Shown in pieces: positions 1-15,700 of a stretch of DNA of 64,000 nucleotides. Numbering within the stretch: position 1 is the stretch's first letter; every line of letters begins with the position of its first letter. The stretch is from the human T2T-CHM13v2.0 reference genome, Homo sapiens. Location of the stretch: NCBI RefSeq assembly GCF_009914755.1, contig NC_060932.1. The stretch is one strand, 5' to 3'. The notes below the pieces were generated by a model. The model saw nothing but the letters and a program-made list of their open reading frames with translations. It was not told the DNA's origin and did no database searches. The position numbers and the translations under genes were made by a program.

Positions 1-804
1 GTCCGTTGCTAAATTAAATGTGTTGTCAAGAAACTAATGAGATAAACTTGAACCTTTAGAACTGAAAATGAATTAAATCTCCAAACCAACTTGAAACACT
101 ACTGGATTTTTAAACAGCACAGCAAAATATAAGAAATAAAAATTGAAGAACATATTTTTCCGTATAATTACAGTAATGAATATAATTCCCATATCAACCG
201 CCTATAAATTTACACATCTCACCCTCCCAATACAGAATAAAAAAATGTAAACTAAAATTTCTAGCATGAACAAAGTTCTGTATATGCATTAACAGGGTAC
301 ACATGATTGTATTTTTCTATTTATCTCTATATCATTTTATTCAGAAAAATATTTGTAGCCTTTTATCTTTCAAGATATATCTATTAAAGACTATTTAATA
401 CTCTCCTTTTGTGAATAGTAGCTTGAACCATCAAAATTCAAACTGCAAATTTGTCTCACCACCTTTGATTCTACTTCATTTTTGAGTTGGTACTACCAAC
501 AGTTCATAGTTGGAGTTAGAAAATTTTTTAAAAGAAGATGACTACAGAGGGAAAATGTGTAGATAAAAGAGAACAAGAGACTAATAAGTAGTTTTTGATA
601 AGTGAAGAGAGTTAACATAAGTGGTGGGGGATACATTTGAAGCCCAGAGCATCTAATAAACTAAGAAAAATGAATAATAAAATATTTGAATAAAAACCAA
701 ATTATATGTAATGTTGATGACTAAAATGTAAAATGACCCAAGCATTACATGTTTTATCACTTTATATGTATATTTTATCACTTTATATATAGTGATAAAT
801 ACAT

Positions 805-876
805 ATCATTTTATATATACACATGTACACACATATGTGTGTGTATATATGTGTGTGTGTGTGTATATATATATAT
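805..876. repeat. Compound (TA)n/(CA)n/(TG)n microsatellite
   Basis: Direct reading: tatatatacacatgtacacacatatgtgtgtgtatatatgtgtgtgtgtgtgtatatatatatatg. Confidence 0.9.
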
Positions 877-1016
877 GAAAGCTTGTTACAAAAAGATTAA
901 AAGTGAATTTTGTGGAAGTTTAACACAATGTAAAAAACATTTATAGTAGACATAATTATGACAGTAAAGGAGAAACATTATGACTGTACTACATTTGGAC
1001 ACTTTCTCCCATAAAC

Positions 1017-1378
1017 TGTTACATTAAATAAGCAGGAGGCCCTTAACCTGTTGACTCTGTACTTTGAATTCCTACATAACAAACTGCAATCTAACATAGT
1101 TTAGTTCAAACTAAGAATATAGCAAACAGCCAGATTTCAGCCAGTTGCAAGCAATGCACTCATCACACCAGCCCCAAATAAGGGAGATGCCCAGCTGTAG
1201 CCACTCAGGTGATTTCTCTTCTGTGCTCCTGTATCTGGCCCATAAAAGCTCACTGCTCTCACTGCTGGGTGGAGCTCTCTGAACCCCTTCTGCTTCTGAG
1301 TACTGCCTGATTCATAAATAGTTCTTTGCTCAAATAAACTGTGCTAAATTTAATTTGTCTAAAGTTTTTCTTTTAACA
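1017..1378 (+). mobile_element. ERV1 solo LTR, MER57-like (MER4 group)
   Basis: TGTTA...TAACA termini; internal ataaaagctcactgct and ggagctctctgaacc; 3' aataaactgtgctaaatttaatttgtctaaagtttttcttttaaca typical of the MER57 family. Confidence 0.8.
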
Positions 1379-1584
1379 AGTATCAAGAATATAGTAAGAA
1401 AAAATACACTGAAAACTTTGTACATTTCTTTCACAGATGATGGATCCTAAAAGATTTTAAACATCACCCCGGAAGAACCCAGTAAGAGGTATGCTACCTG
1501 GGTCTTTGTCAGACAAAATTGTAAGTATTAAGTTTTGGGGAAATGTCCTTAAATAAAGCAATAGTTATAACAAGCTTGAGTACT

Positions 1585-1852
1585 GTTTCAAATATGTTTT
1601 ATCACAACCTAGAGTAAGAAATACTCTGTACCTCGCAACACAGAACATTTACATATATGTATAAATATTGAACTATTACATGTGCAAGTGTCAATTCTGT
1701 TTCATTTCATCCCATTCAATTCTATCCTGGGCCTATTCTCTCCTATCTCATTCCACTTTACTCTATTACACTTAGAATAAGTTCTGGCCACAGTCCAGCT
1801 CATGGATTAAGTAACTCACTAATGGGTCATGATTGTAGTATGGAAAACCCTG
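1585..1852 (-). mobile_element. Old hAT-Charlie non-autonomous DNA element (MER112/MER113-like)
   Basis: cactaatgggtcatgattgtagtatggaaaaccctg resembles the Charlie terminus cactaatgggtcgcgacccgcagtttgaaaaacactg; internal gtaagaaatac and ttctat-rich tract. Confidence 0.55.
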
Positions 1853-2156
1853 GGCTGGGCGCAGTGGCTCAGGCCTGTAATCCCAGCACTTTGGGAGGCT
1901 GAGGCGGGCAAATCACGAGGTCAAGAGATCAAGACCATCCTGGCTAACACAGTGAAACCTCATCTCTACTAAAAAATACAAAATTTAGCCGGGCGTGGGA
2001 GCGGGCGCCTCTAGTCCCAGCTACTCGGGAGGCTGAGGCAGGAGAATGGCGTGAACCCAGGAGGCGGAACTTGCAGTGAGTGGAGATCGCATCACTGCAC
2101 TCCAACCTGGGCCACAGAGCGAGACTCTGTCTCAAAAAAAAAAAAAGAAAAAAAGA
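1853..2156 (+). mobile_element. AluY, full length
   Basis: Y-diagnostic ggctaacac, gagaatggcgtgaacc, cttgcagtgag; poly(A) tail; TSD aaaaccctg at 1844-1852 and 2157-2165. Confidence 0.97.
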
Positions 2157-3702
2157 AAAACCCTGAACTAGACTGATGATGCACAGATGATCACCATTAC
2201 AATACACTAAATATAAAAATGATGTAAAATTTTCTCTACTTTGGTTCTCTAAAGTTTAAGCTTCCCGAAAGCCTATAATTACTCTATTTTTGTATTTTTA
2301 CTAGTAGGTTTACACAGTAAAAAAATGTTATTTTTTAACCTAAAAAACTATATAAATTAGTGTTAGCCATGACAGAAAATCATCAAATGTAAATTTTATA
2401 TGATTCATAAAAACTACCTAAAACATCCCTGTCCAGGTGTTTTCCAGTTTCTCTTTATAAATAAACTTGGTGAGGGAGAATTCAGGCACTGAGCTTATTT
2501 AAAAAGAGAGACCGGAAAATTGAGTATGTTAGTCAACTGATTGTTTTTCAGGACACGTTTAATTTAGACTAGATATAACCAGATCCCAATTTAAAACCTT
2601 GAAAATAACAAATAAATGCCACTGTAAAACACCCAAAATAGTAAAATTCAAATTTTATTGTTAGCAATTTAAGATCTCCATAAGCCTTATCTTTGTCTAT
2701 TTTTACATGTCCTCAGCATTGTCCTTAAGGAACTTAAAAATTTAGTTGGAAAGTTACAGCAAAATTACCTTTAGGTTGTTCTCTGCTATTTCCCAGCTAT
2801 ATAAAATAGCCATTTCTTTTCTGAGTTTTCACATTCCTTGAATATAATTTGATGTATTTGTAGTAAGAAAAAAGGGGTAATTCAGATATTAGGAAGAGAA
2901 AAAAATCTTAATATAAAACACAATACTATGAAATATAGGATAATTGTTATTACTACTAAATTTTGAGAGAAAGAAAGAATCAGTTTAAGCTTCCCTTGAT
3001 GGTCTTCAATTTTGTTCCCTAAAGAATTTCTGAAGGCAAAGAAAGTAAAAGTAAGTATTAATTATTGTCAACATATGTGTTTATACTTAGCATATTCATA
3101 TTTATTTTTTCAAATCAAATGTATGATACAACAAAATTGAACTTACATGTGTGATTTGATAATATGTGCAACATTAGGGTCCCTGGGAACATAAATATGT
3201 ACACTGCCTTTATGCCATTTTATAATGTTTAGAGGATTATTTTACTGTTCAAAATTATCACGTTTCATTTATCTGTACTTTTATTATGTCTCATTAGTCA
3301 TAGCTATGATTTATTTAAGCTATGTCCTTGGTCAGAAAATTTTATCTGCCTTAAAATGTTGAGATTTATAATGCCGTCTTCAGAAATGTATTTTGGCAAA
3401 AACCCAGGGCTTCTTGTTTCTAAGCTTTGCACAGTCCTAACCATAAATACACTTGAAATTCAGAGAACAGAGAACTAAATGTGGAGTGGTAATCCAGGGA
3501 AAATGTCCAGTTAGGGCAATGGCTTTAGCTGAGACGTCAAGAAAGAGTAGTATTTAGCTAGACTGAAATGCAAAGAGATAGGAAAACAATAGACATGGAA
3601 ATAAAGTAGGGTGGGAATATTATAAATCCCTCTGTGGTTGGGAAAGATAGTGCATGTTGAAGAAGATGGAAAAGTAAGTTTTTATAATTTTTTGTGTGTT
3701 TA

Positions 3703-3728
3703 TGTGTGTGTGTGTGTGTGTGTGTGTG
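3703..3728. repeat. (TG)n microsatellite
   Basis: Direct reading. Confidence 0.95.
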
Positions 3729-3924
3729 CCTTTAAAATGGAAAAATTACAGTCACAGATGTGGATTTATTTCACTATCACAATACGTTAAGAGGCAGATA
3801 AAATAGATATTATTTCCCTGTTACAACTAAAAGTCATGAAGTCCAGAGACCTCTTTGAGTTTCCATTTTTCTGAGAAAAATGGAAATAGTCTATTAAATG
3901 AGAGATGAAAAGCTAACTTCATGC

Positions 3925-4890
3925 CTTTTCATATATCCAACAGATATTTATGGAGCAAAACTATGTGCCATGCACTATTCTAGATACTTAGAAAAACTTG
4001 ACAATAAAATAACCAAAAATATCTACTTTGGTGAAGCTTATATTTTATAATGAAAGACATAACAACCATAATTAAAAGGTAAATGATATGGTATGTTATA
4101 CAAGGTCTTTGGAGGAAAGAAATAGAGCAGAATTAATTTGGGAGATAGGGGTTGAATAGAGCCCATTGCATTTTAAAACAGTTTACTCAAGGCAAGCCCT
4201 GTAGAAAGAACGGAATTAGAACTGGGACTCAAAGGAGTCCATGAAGATATTTGAAGCAAAAACATTCCAGTAGCCAGAAAGTCCAGTATAGAGGTCCTAA
4301 GGCAGAAACAATCCTGGCATATTCCAAGGGCAGCAAAGATGACCAGATTGATTGTGATGAAAACAGGGAGGCAATACTAGAGAAATACAGAAAAGTAACA
4401 AGAGTGGAAATAGGTCAGGCAGCCTATGCAGTGTTTTGTACTCATTCAAAAGACTTTATCTTTTATTCAGTAAAAAGTAGAGTCAATGAAGGATTTTAAA
4501 GAGCGGGATAACTCTTTATGTAGGAAGTTTTGTGTAGGAAGAATAAATAAGAGTCTGTTAAAGTAATTCAGGAAACAAATGATGGGTGCTCATGCAGGGT
4601 AATAGCCACCGAGGTCATGTGAAATGAACAGAGTATATGTAATAATTTTAAGATGGACTGAAAGCATTCCTTAACAATTCCGATGGGGAGTAAGCAGAAA
4701 AAGAGAAAAAGATAACACCAATATTTGGCCTAAGCAAATTAACAAGAAAGTAAGGAGAGGTGGAAAAGCAGTTGAGCTGGAGAAAATAGGAAGAGAACAT
4801 GTTTTATGGAAAATCGAAGAAATCTAGTTTTCTCTTTTAGATGTCCAAGTGAACACATGAACCTGGAGATCAACAGGGCAATATGTTGGT
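3925..4890 (-). mobile_element. L2 (L2a-like) 3' portion; resumes at about 7855
   Basis: caacagatatttatggagcaaaactatgtgccatgcactattctag matches the antisense L2 3' end, followed by typical purine-rich L2 body. Confidence 0.75.
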
Positions 4891-4898
4891 ATACTCTA

Positions 4899-7311
<2,413 letters not shown>

Positions 7312-7375
7312 GATTCCTTGGGAAGCACAAAAAAAATAAAAATAAAATAAAATAAAATACAAACTCAAAACAAAA

Positions 7376-7704
7376 AAAGAAAATAGGTTTAATTGACTCC
7401 CAGTTCTGCATGCTTAACAAGAAGCATGACCGGAAGGCCTCAAGAAAATTACAATCATGGCAGAAGGTGAAGGGGAGGCTTATACATCTTCACAATGGAG
7501 AGCAAGAGACTGAGAGAGAGTGAAGTGGGGAAGTGCTACACTTTTACACCAGCAGATCTCTTAAACACTCAGTCAGTATCAGGAAGACAGCATGGGGGAA
7601 ACCCACTCCCATGATCCCATCACCTCCCACCAGTTCTCTCCCCTGACAAGTTGGGATTACAATTTGACCTGAGATTTGGGTGGGGACGCAGAGCCAAATC
7701 ATAT
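7376..7704 (-). mobile_element. MaLR LTR (MSTA/THE1D-like), right piece
   Basis: ggtttaattgactcccagttctgcatg...acaatcatggcagaaggtgaaggg...gagatttgggtggggacgcagagccaaatcata; joins seamlessly with 4899-4960. Confidence 0.92.
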
Positions 7705-7854
7705 AGACTTCTGTCTATAGACTAAGTGGAGTCTCTCCTCTGTCATACACTTATATCTATAGAATAAGTAGGATCTCTCCCCAAACCATACAGACTTATG
7801 GTTTGGCTCTGTGTCCCCGCCAAGTCTATATATCTATGGCCTATTTGTGCTCTA

Positions 7855-8190
7855 CAGATACAAATTTTAAGATCTAAACTATTGTATAAATGATGTTTAG
7901 AGACCTAAGACTAGATGAGGTCATCAGATAAGTTTGTATACGTAGAAAAAAGAAGAGGTACCAAGATTCAGCCCTCCAATGAGAAGAGGTTCATGGGAGA
8001 AGCTAGGAAAGGTAACTTACATTGATTAATTGATGAATTTGCACGGAAACCTTGAGTATGTGTTGTCCTGACAGCCAAATAAACAGAATGTATCAAGGAG
8101 GAGGTAGTGAGTAACTGTTAAATGTGGCTGATAAGACACCTACTGAGAACTGATCATTAGATGCCACAACATGGGAGCCTTCTATGAGTT
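7855..8190 (-). mobile_element. L2 continuation
   Basis: agatacaaatttt...agactagatgaggtcatc...tcaaggaggaggtagtgagtaactgttaaatgtggctgataag resembles the antisense L2 body. Confidence 0.65.
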
Positions 8191-9390
8191 TCTTGGGGTC
8201 AGGACTATGTTCTTATTTGTTTCTTTTTCCTGTAATCTGGCCCAGAGTTTGAAAAATGTGAGGTCTGATTCCAAGTGTGATATTCTTCCATTCTCTAGCT
8301 GAGAGTGTTACCAGCATCCAGAGAAGCCCAATTAATTAGACTACACAAAATTTAAATAACAAAAAACAAGAACTAGATGTCACCTGAAAGAGTGTTGCTG
8401 TTTATGATTTTTCATCTTCTTTTATTCTTGTTTGTTTTGAAAATAAAATGTTTACTCATTCAAGATGTTTTAGAAGCCAGCTTAAAAAGTGATTAGAAAA
8501 TAATTTAGGTTACTGCTCAAAGCTAGCAAGTGCCTTGGGTGACACATTAAGGATGACACAATGACATTAAGTGAGAATGGTGTAAAAATTGTATATGAGG
8601 AAAACAGAAGACTAAGGGTGCCAATAATAAATCAAAATAAATTTCACTGATGTTATTAGTGGCTTCCAGTTATTTTTGAAATTCAAAATATAGTTAGTTC
8701 AATAAAATGACAATTCATTTTTTAATATCAGTAACCTGGGTGGAGAACTGAATAAAAGCAGGTAATGCCCTAAAGCTCCTCCTTTGTTCAAGCAAAACTC
8801 CATGTATCTATTGATATTTTCAGTAGCAGAGATGAAAGAACATGTCTGTAGTGAAAAGGTCCTGGCTTTTCTGATACCTTGGAGGGCAGAATTCTCTCCA
8901 GGAACATACCAAAACAAGCACCACCCTCATGGGTCTAATTAGAAAACAATTCAGTCGCTTTGAACTTATCAGTGTATTACCATGAAGTATTTTTTAAGAT
9001 TTAAAAGCACATATACATCGGAAGGCATAATAACGAAATAACCAATCAAGATGTATATAACACCAATGCAAAGAAAAGTTAGAAATTCAAATCAAGCTTG
9101 CAAAACAAATTAAGTAGCAGGAAAGCAACATTCATAACACATTAGTTTGCACCAAAACAAAATTAATAAAGAGAAAGTGCATAAATAGTACTTGAATATT
9201 TTTGTAATTAAAAGGAACATCTCTTTGCGTGAAGCAAAAAGCATCCAGAGAAGCAGGCAAGCATCCCGCTGTTGAACACATAACAAGAGAAGAGGCAGAC
9301 ATCTCTGACCTCTGTTGTTTTTCTGGATAATAGGAAAAATTAATATATCCCGTGAAAAGGACAGGAGGGGAAAAAATTACTTCATGTGTT

Positions 9391-9851
9391 TGTAGGCAGA
9401 GACTTCAAATTTTTATTCAAAATCTATTATTAATCTTTCCTTTTATTAGGATCTTAGCTAGAGGTTACATTTTCCAGGTTTCTTTGTAGCTTCAAGTGGC
9501 CAATGAGTTATGAACAAAAGTAAGTAATGTTTATAATTTTTAACCCCTTTTCCTTGAGGAAGCTGCTTGTCTTTCATGCATTTTCCGCCTCCCTGCAGTT
9601 GAGATGTCACCGGGGTGCTGGGAGACAGATTTCTCATGTAGAAAGTCAATAATTTAGACCATAGCTGTGCAACAAGATGAAAAGAACCTGCTTCTAACTA
9701 GCCTTCTGGAACAGAACTTCTTGCCCACCTGGACTGTACTCAATACCCACTTCTGGACTTTTCTGTGAGGGAGAAATAAACTATTTTGTTAGGACACTGA
9801 AATTTTGTGTTGCTTTGTGACTGTAGCTTAGCGTAAACCCTAACTGATTCA
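9391..9851 (+). mobile_element. MLT1J-like MaLR LTR
   Basis: Begins tgtaggcagagact; gcaacaagatgaaaagaacctg, cctggactg, gagaaataaact; ends ccctaactgattca. Confidence 0.7.
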
Positions 9852-10394
9852 GGTATAAAGTCCTAACGTAGTTTCTAGCAGATAAAACACACTTTTATTT
9901 GCATTTTATTCAACATCTATTTAATAAACATTTACTATGTGCCGCAATACTATTTGCCTCTGTCGTCCTTAAAAGATTCAACAAGTTTAATATATGCATA
10001 TTTAATTTCTGCAGGGTCAATGAAGACACATGTACAGCAATATTTTCATTAATAGCTTATCATATAAGATTTAACAAAGCCAAAATAAACTACTGAAGGT
10101 CCCTCTCTGTTGAAAGCCTTAGGAATCCCCCAATAACAATGTTTATAATGCCAAGAAAGTGATGTCTTTATGGTTCTAATGTTTCCTCGGCCAACTTAGT
10201 TATCATCAAATCAAATTTTTTGGCAGTTTAGAAAGTAAAATTCATCGACTTTCAAATACATTTACCAATAGAAGAGCTGAATAAAGATTATTAATAGGGT
10301 TCATTGCAGTATATACCAAGAAGCGCAATAATTTTTTCTATGCATGTCCATAAGAGCAAAGGAATTGTAAAGAAACATAAATATCACTCCCCAA

Positions 10395-10814
<420 letters not shown>

Positions 10815-11427
10815 TAGATATGGTCATTCACCACACATGAATTTCTTAGGTATAATCTTCTGTTAGTCATTTTTTTTAATATTTAAAGGTAGTTGTTTTA
10901 ATATGTGTCTTAATAAACATACATGTTTCCCCTGTTGTCATCTTATTTGACAGTTAAACTGATAATACTGTGGTTGCAGTATAATACATTGCTATTGAAA
11001 TTTGCTCACTGTGTTCAGTGTTCCATAACTTAAAGATAAGTTATTCTTATTTTAGTAGCATTACAACATTTTTTAACATACTACAATAAATCTTCATTAA
11101 ATTGCATATTTTGAAATCTTTATAACTGATTACTGTTTTCTTTCCATGGATCATCTAGTGACATTTTTCAGAAGCAGCTTCTGTTGTGTGGCCACTTGGT
11201 TCAAACGACAGTCCTTTTAGAAGGAAAACAGACAAATTGTATTCTCACGTAACTTATGATCAAGACTGCAGAATATATATTTTATGATACATTGTTTTAC
11301 CATATATATAGTGTCCTTACTCTCCTATGAGCATTACATGGCTAGACTATATGGAAGGGAAAATACAGCTGAGATTTCATACCTAGAGGACATTTATCAA
11401 TATCTGAACATTATTTCAAAAGTAGTG

Positions 11428-11583
11428 TTTTGTTGTTGTTGTTGTTTTTGTTTTGTTTATTTTGTAGAAGACAGGGTCTCACTAGGTTTCCCAGGCTGGT
11501 CTTGAACTCCTGGAATTAAGTAATTCTCCCACCTCGGCCTCCCAAAGTGCTGGGATTAAAGGCATGAGCCAGCACACCTGGCT
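11428..11583 (-). mobile_element. Free left Alu monomer (FLAM_C-like)
   Basis: gtagaagacagggtctcact...ctcccaaagtgctgggattaaaggcatgagccagcacacctggct with (TTG)n tail and no right arm. Confidence 0.85.
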
Positions 11584-12004
11584 AGAAGTGAACAGTGTAA
11601 GAATTCTCCCCCAAGTTTGAATTCTGGAGTTTACTATATATTCCGACCCCATTAGTGACACAGATATATTACAACTTGGTTCAGTAAGTTTCAGATGACA
11701 TTAAAAGCAGCAGAATTACCATCACCTTAAAAGGTCAAATGAGAATTCATGATAATCTGGACTACTTGGAAAATGGATTACATTAATTAATTTACTAATT
11801 AATTTAGACAGCAAAGTTTCATCCAAGGCCAAACTCCATTTGCAAAGAAAAAGGGGCAGTCGCATACTGTCGCTAGGGCAGACATATGAGGAATAGTTGC
11901 TTTTATCCTAAAATGCTGAATGGGAGTCCACAAAATGTCAAATGATTAACATAACACAGAGTTATATCTTCTTTGCTATCTCTCAGTCTTTTTGTTTTAT
12001 ATCA

Positions 12005-12239
12005 TTTTTATTTTATTTTATGTTCTAAGATACTTGTGCACAATGGGCAGGTTTGTTACATAGGTAAACGTGTGTCATGGTGGTTTGCAGCAGCTACCAA
12101 CCCACCACCTAGGTATTAAGCCCCGCATACATCAGCTATTTGTCCTGACGCTATCCCTCCCCCAACCCCCTCAACAGGCTCCTGTGTGTGTTGTTCCCCT
12201 CCCTGTATCCATGTGTTCTTACTGTTTAGTTCCCACTTT
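12005..12239 (-). mobile_element. L1PA8-PA11-type 3' end
   Basis: gcaggtttgttacataggtaaacgtgtgtcatggtggtttgc...acctaggtattaagccccgcat. Confidence 0.9.
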
Positions 12240-12296
12240 CTCTCTCCTCCTACTTTTAGAAAACACTGGCCTTAGGTTTAATATTTGTTCTTTGAA

Positions 12297-12746
12297 CAAA
12301 TATTTGAACTTTGTCTCTTCTAAATTCATCTGGTGAAGTTCTAAACCCTAGTTCTTCAGATTGTGAACTTACTTGAAAATGGGGTCATTGCAAGTGTAAA
12401 TATTTAAGTAAAAATTAGGTCACACTGGAGTAGGGTGGGCCCCCACTCCAACATGACTGACTGGTGTCCTCATAAAAAGATGAAATTTGAACATGAAGAT
12501 AAAGACACAGGGAAAATATCATGAAAAGATTGGAGCTTATGCTACCACAAGCCAAAAAATCAGAAAAATTGCTAGCAAATTCTAAGGCAGAAGCATAAAA
12601 GAGATCCTTCCTCACAGCCCTCAGAAGGAACCAAGGCTGCTGATATCTTGAATTTACATTTCTAGTCACCAGAACTGAGAGACCATCAATTCTATTGCTT
12701 AATCCACTTAGTTTGTGGTACTTTGTGATGGTAGCAAACTAATAAA
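12297..12746 (+). mobile_element. MLT1B/MLT1C MaLR LTR
   Basis: ggtcacactggagtagggtgggccc, atgactggtgtcct-like motif, cacagccctcagaaggaacca, agtttgtggtactttgt...aaactaat. Confidence 0.85.
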
Positions 12747-15700
12747 CTGGCTCATATTTATCTGTAGGTTGAGATAGCACGATTTACTGCTTCAGGATCT
12801 TATAAAGATGAAATGAAATAATGTTCACCTCACATGGTAAAAAAAGCACATGATAGTTGCCTTCCAAATAATAGGTCTCATTCTCTTAGCTAATCTCTTT
12901 AATCTTGAACCTAACATTTGGACAATAATCTTGTAATGCCATTTAGAAAATAACTGATTTACATTATGATACAAATTGTTAATACATTTACTAGTAAAAT
13001 ATGTATTCTTTGAAAATTATTTATTTGGAAGTGTGCAAGTTGCACATAAACTTTCTACTTTGATCTTGGTTGTACACGAAGACACCACACAGAACCTTTA
13101 GTTTACGTAGTACATCTTCTGGGGGTAAAATAACAATATATCTTTGGGATATATTAACACACAAATATGAAATTTGCCTTCAATTTGGAGGGACGGATCA
13201 TCAGCTCCTCAAATCCATATATAGAATCCAGGTTGAGAACATCTAATACCTAATTTTCAATGCTGGATCATTTTTGATCCATTGTGTTTCTTCTTCCAAC
13301 GTTTTTATTTACTTCAGTGGATTTTCCACTGTCCTATCCTCACAAAGTCTTATATTTAAAGTCCTCTAGCATCATAAGATAGAAAGATCCTGAAAACATT
13401 ATTTACCATTTTCCTACTATGTGGTAATAATTCAAGAAATAATTTTTAGCAATATATGGTTATTCCTAATTTTAGATTTCAGCACTTTTTTTCCTATGAA
13501 ATATTCTCATTTTAATTTCTGAATGATTGTCCTTGGATTAGGCGCATCATACACCCAGCTGATCTGTATAGGAAAAACATATTCACTCTCAATGAATTAC
13601 TTCATTTTTTTTTGACTGCAATCATGAATACGTCTGCTGACCTCAAAGTCCCATTTTAGGAGGCTGAAAAGGAAAGGCTCTGACGTTAACCTGGATGTCT
13701 ATTGACTTATTTCAGGAGTATTAACATGTTTAAATGGAAAAGCCAATGTCTAGAAACTAATATAAATTAATTCCTTTATTGTATAATTTTAAGCTTCAGC
13801 TACATGTTTGGAGGATGTGAAGAATCTTTGATATTAGACCCACACATCACTATGTCCCAGTTTATCCCTATTATATTCCCAGTTAAGCATAGGCAGGCCT
13901 CATAGACAGTTCATCTTGCTGGTTAGAATAGTCCTAAATGTTATGCTAGAACATGAAATTAAGATTGCAGGTTTAATGCTACATTGGCCATTTAATTTCA
14001 CAAAAAACCTTTTAAAAAATCCATTAACAAGGTGGGGGTTGCTGTTTGTACCAAATTCCAGCAAGTCATCTAAAAAAGATCCCATCTTGATCATGAAAAA
14101 GCTTGAACAAAAAATAAATATTGTATACATCTCTTAAAATTTGTCTTGAGTTTTAAAATTTTAATTTACCTATAAGGAAAGAAAATATTACAGCTGATAA
14201 CCTCCCTCTAATCGGATTAGAGCACTGTGTTCTCCTGTTTCACCTAGATGTCAGGAAACTCACAACAAAACTCACAGCTAGAGAAAGCTTCTTAGAAATA
14301 GAAGCTAGATCCAAAAACTGTTTAAAAAATTTGCAAAAGTAATCATCTCAAGACAAACCTGCTACACCCAGGCCTACCCTCAAGTCCTCAAATATGAAAC
14401 TAAGGAAGCAATAGGTTCCATGGATTGAAATTATTGTGTTTTCAAATGCAAGAGAGGAGCTCTTGTCAAATAGCTGATTAGGCAAAATTTCTATTAGCAA
14501 ATGACAAGAGACAAAACAAGACAATGTAAAACAATATTTACTCGTCTAATATCAAACTGCTTTTCATTTTGGTTATCTCCTCATAACCTAAAAATTGAAA
14601 ATGTCTGCTTTCACATCAAGGTCATTTATCTTTCCTGTAAATATGCAAACTTCTGACTTAAAATAAGAAAGTATATTTAAATCTTTCCTTGGCTACACAG
14701 CCTGGACCTTTTGGTGTGGTTCTCATAATTCCTAGCCACACTAAACTGAAAATATAGGTGGTGAATAAAAACCATCTGTACTTTTGCTGTTGTGATTCAC
14801 CCCATTTCTGAGTCGTAATCAATTCCAAACTTATTTTCACTTAACACAGGATGTTTGCAAAAGAACCAGCTGTGTTTAATTTCCCTTAATTGCCCTACGA
14901 AGGAAAAAGAATTTGACCAGATTTGGGGAAAAATTTAATCTATCAGTAAGATTTTATTTCTTATTTTTGCAGAAAATTGAAGCCCCTATATCCAGGTAGT
15001 CATACCTGAAGTCCATCTTCAGTTGTGCATGTTCCAGATATATGGCAGCCTTCCAATACTTTGATTACTTCACTGTAGAATGGAGTTACTAAAAGTTTAC
15101 TTCGTGTGATTTGCATATCAATAAATCACTTAGCTTAATGCCCACAAAAAGTTATAGGTGATCTTTTTAAAAATTGTTTTTAGTGACTAGTAGGTAAGAT
15201 TAATGTAAAATACATTATCTAAATAATGTAAAAATAAAGAATAATGAATACAATTACTGAAATAATTATTTTTGCATTTATAATGTACAAACAGATCCAT
15301 CAAAAATAACTTTATTTATGGAGCTCCTTTATACAGTCAGTAGTGGTCTAGATTCTGTGAGGGATATAAAAAGCACATAAGATATCGGGAAGTAAATAGT
15401 CAGCAAGAGGCTTGCCATCCACTGTCCTCTTTGCCACTGGAAAGTGACTTGTTGGAATCTCTATGTATACATGCAAATGAAAGACCTCTGGCAAACACAT
15501 CCATGGTATTTGTCCAAAGGTGAATCCTTGTCTATGGAATGCTCTCAGTGGGATGTGTCTGGTCTATTTAGGACTTTTTTAGGGTAAACAAAACTGAAAT
15601 CTATGGGTTTATGAGCGTAACAATCTGGAAAATCATGTTAACTATTAATATGTAAAATTGAGATGCTTCATGACTCATAGAGCTCCTTTTCATATAAATA

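Noticed and set aside
1944-2207. Alu-derived ORFs (also 10304, 10569, 40418, 46165, 53826, 60755, 62028, 63407)
   Set aside because: Typical Alu translation products.
14950-15001. Possible 23-nt micro-exon (ttttgcag|...cag|gtagtc)
   Set aside because: Weak donor; such motifs are frequent by chance in AT-rich DNA.
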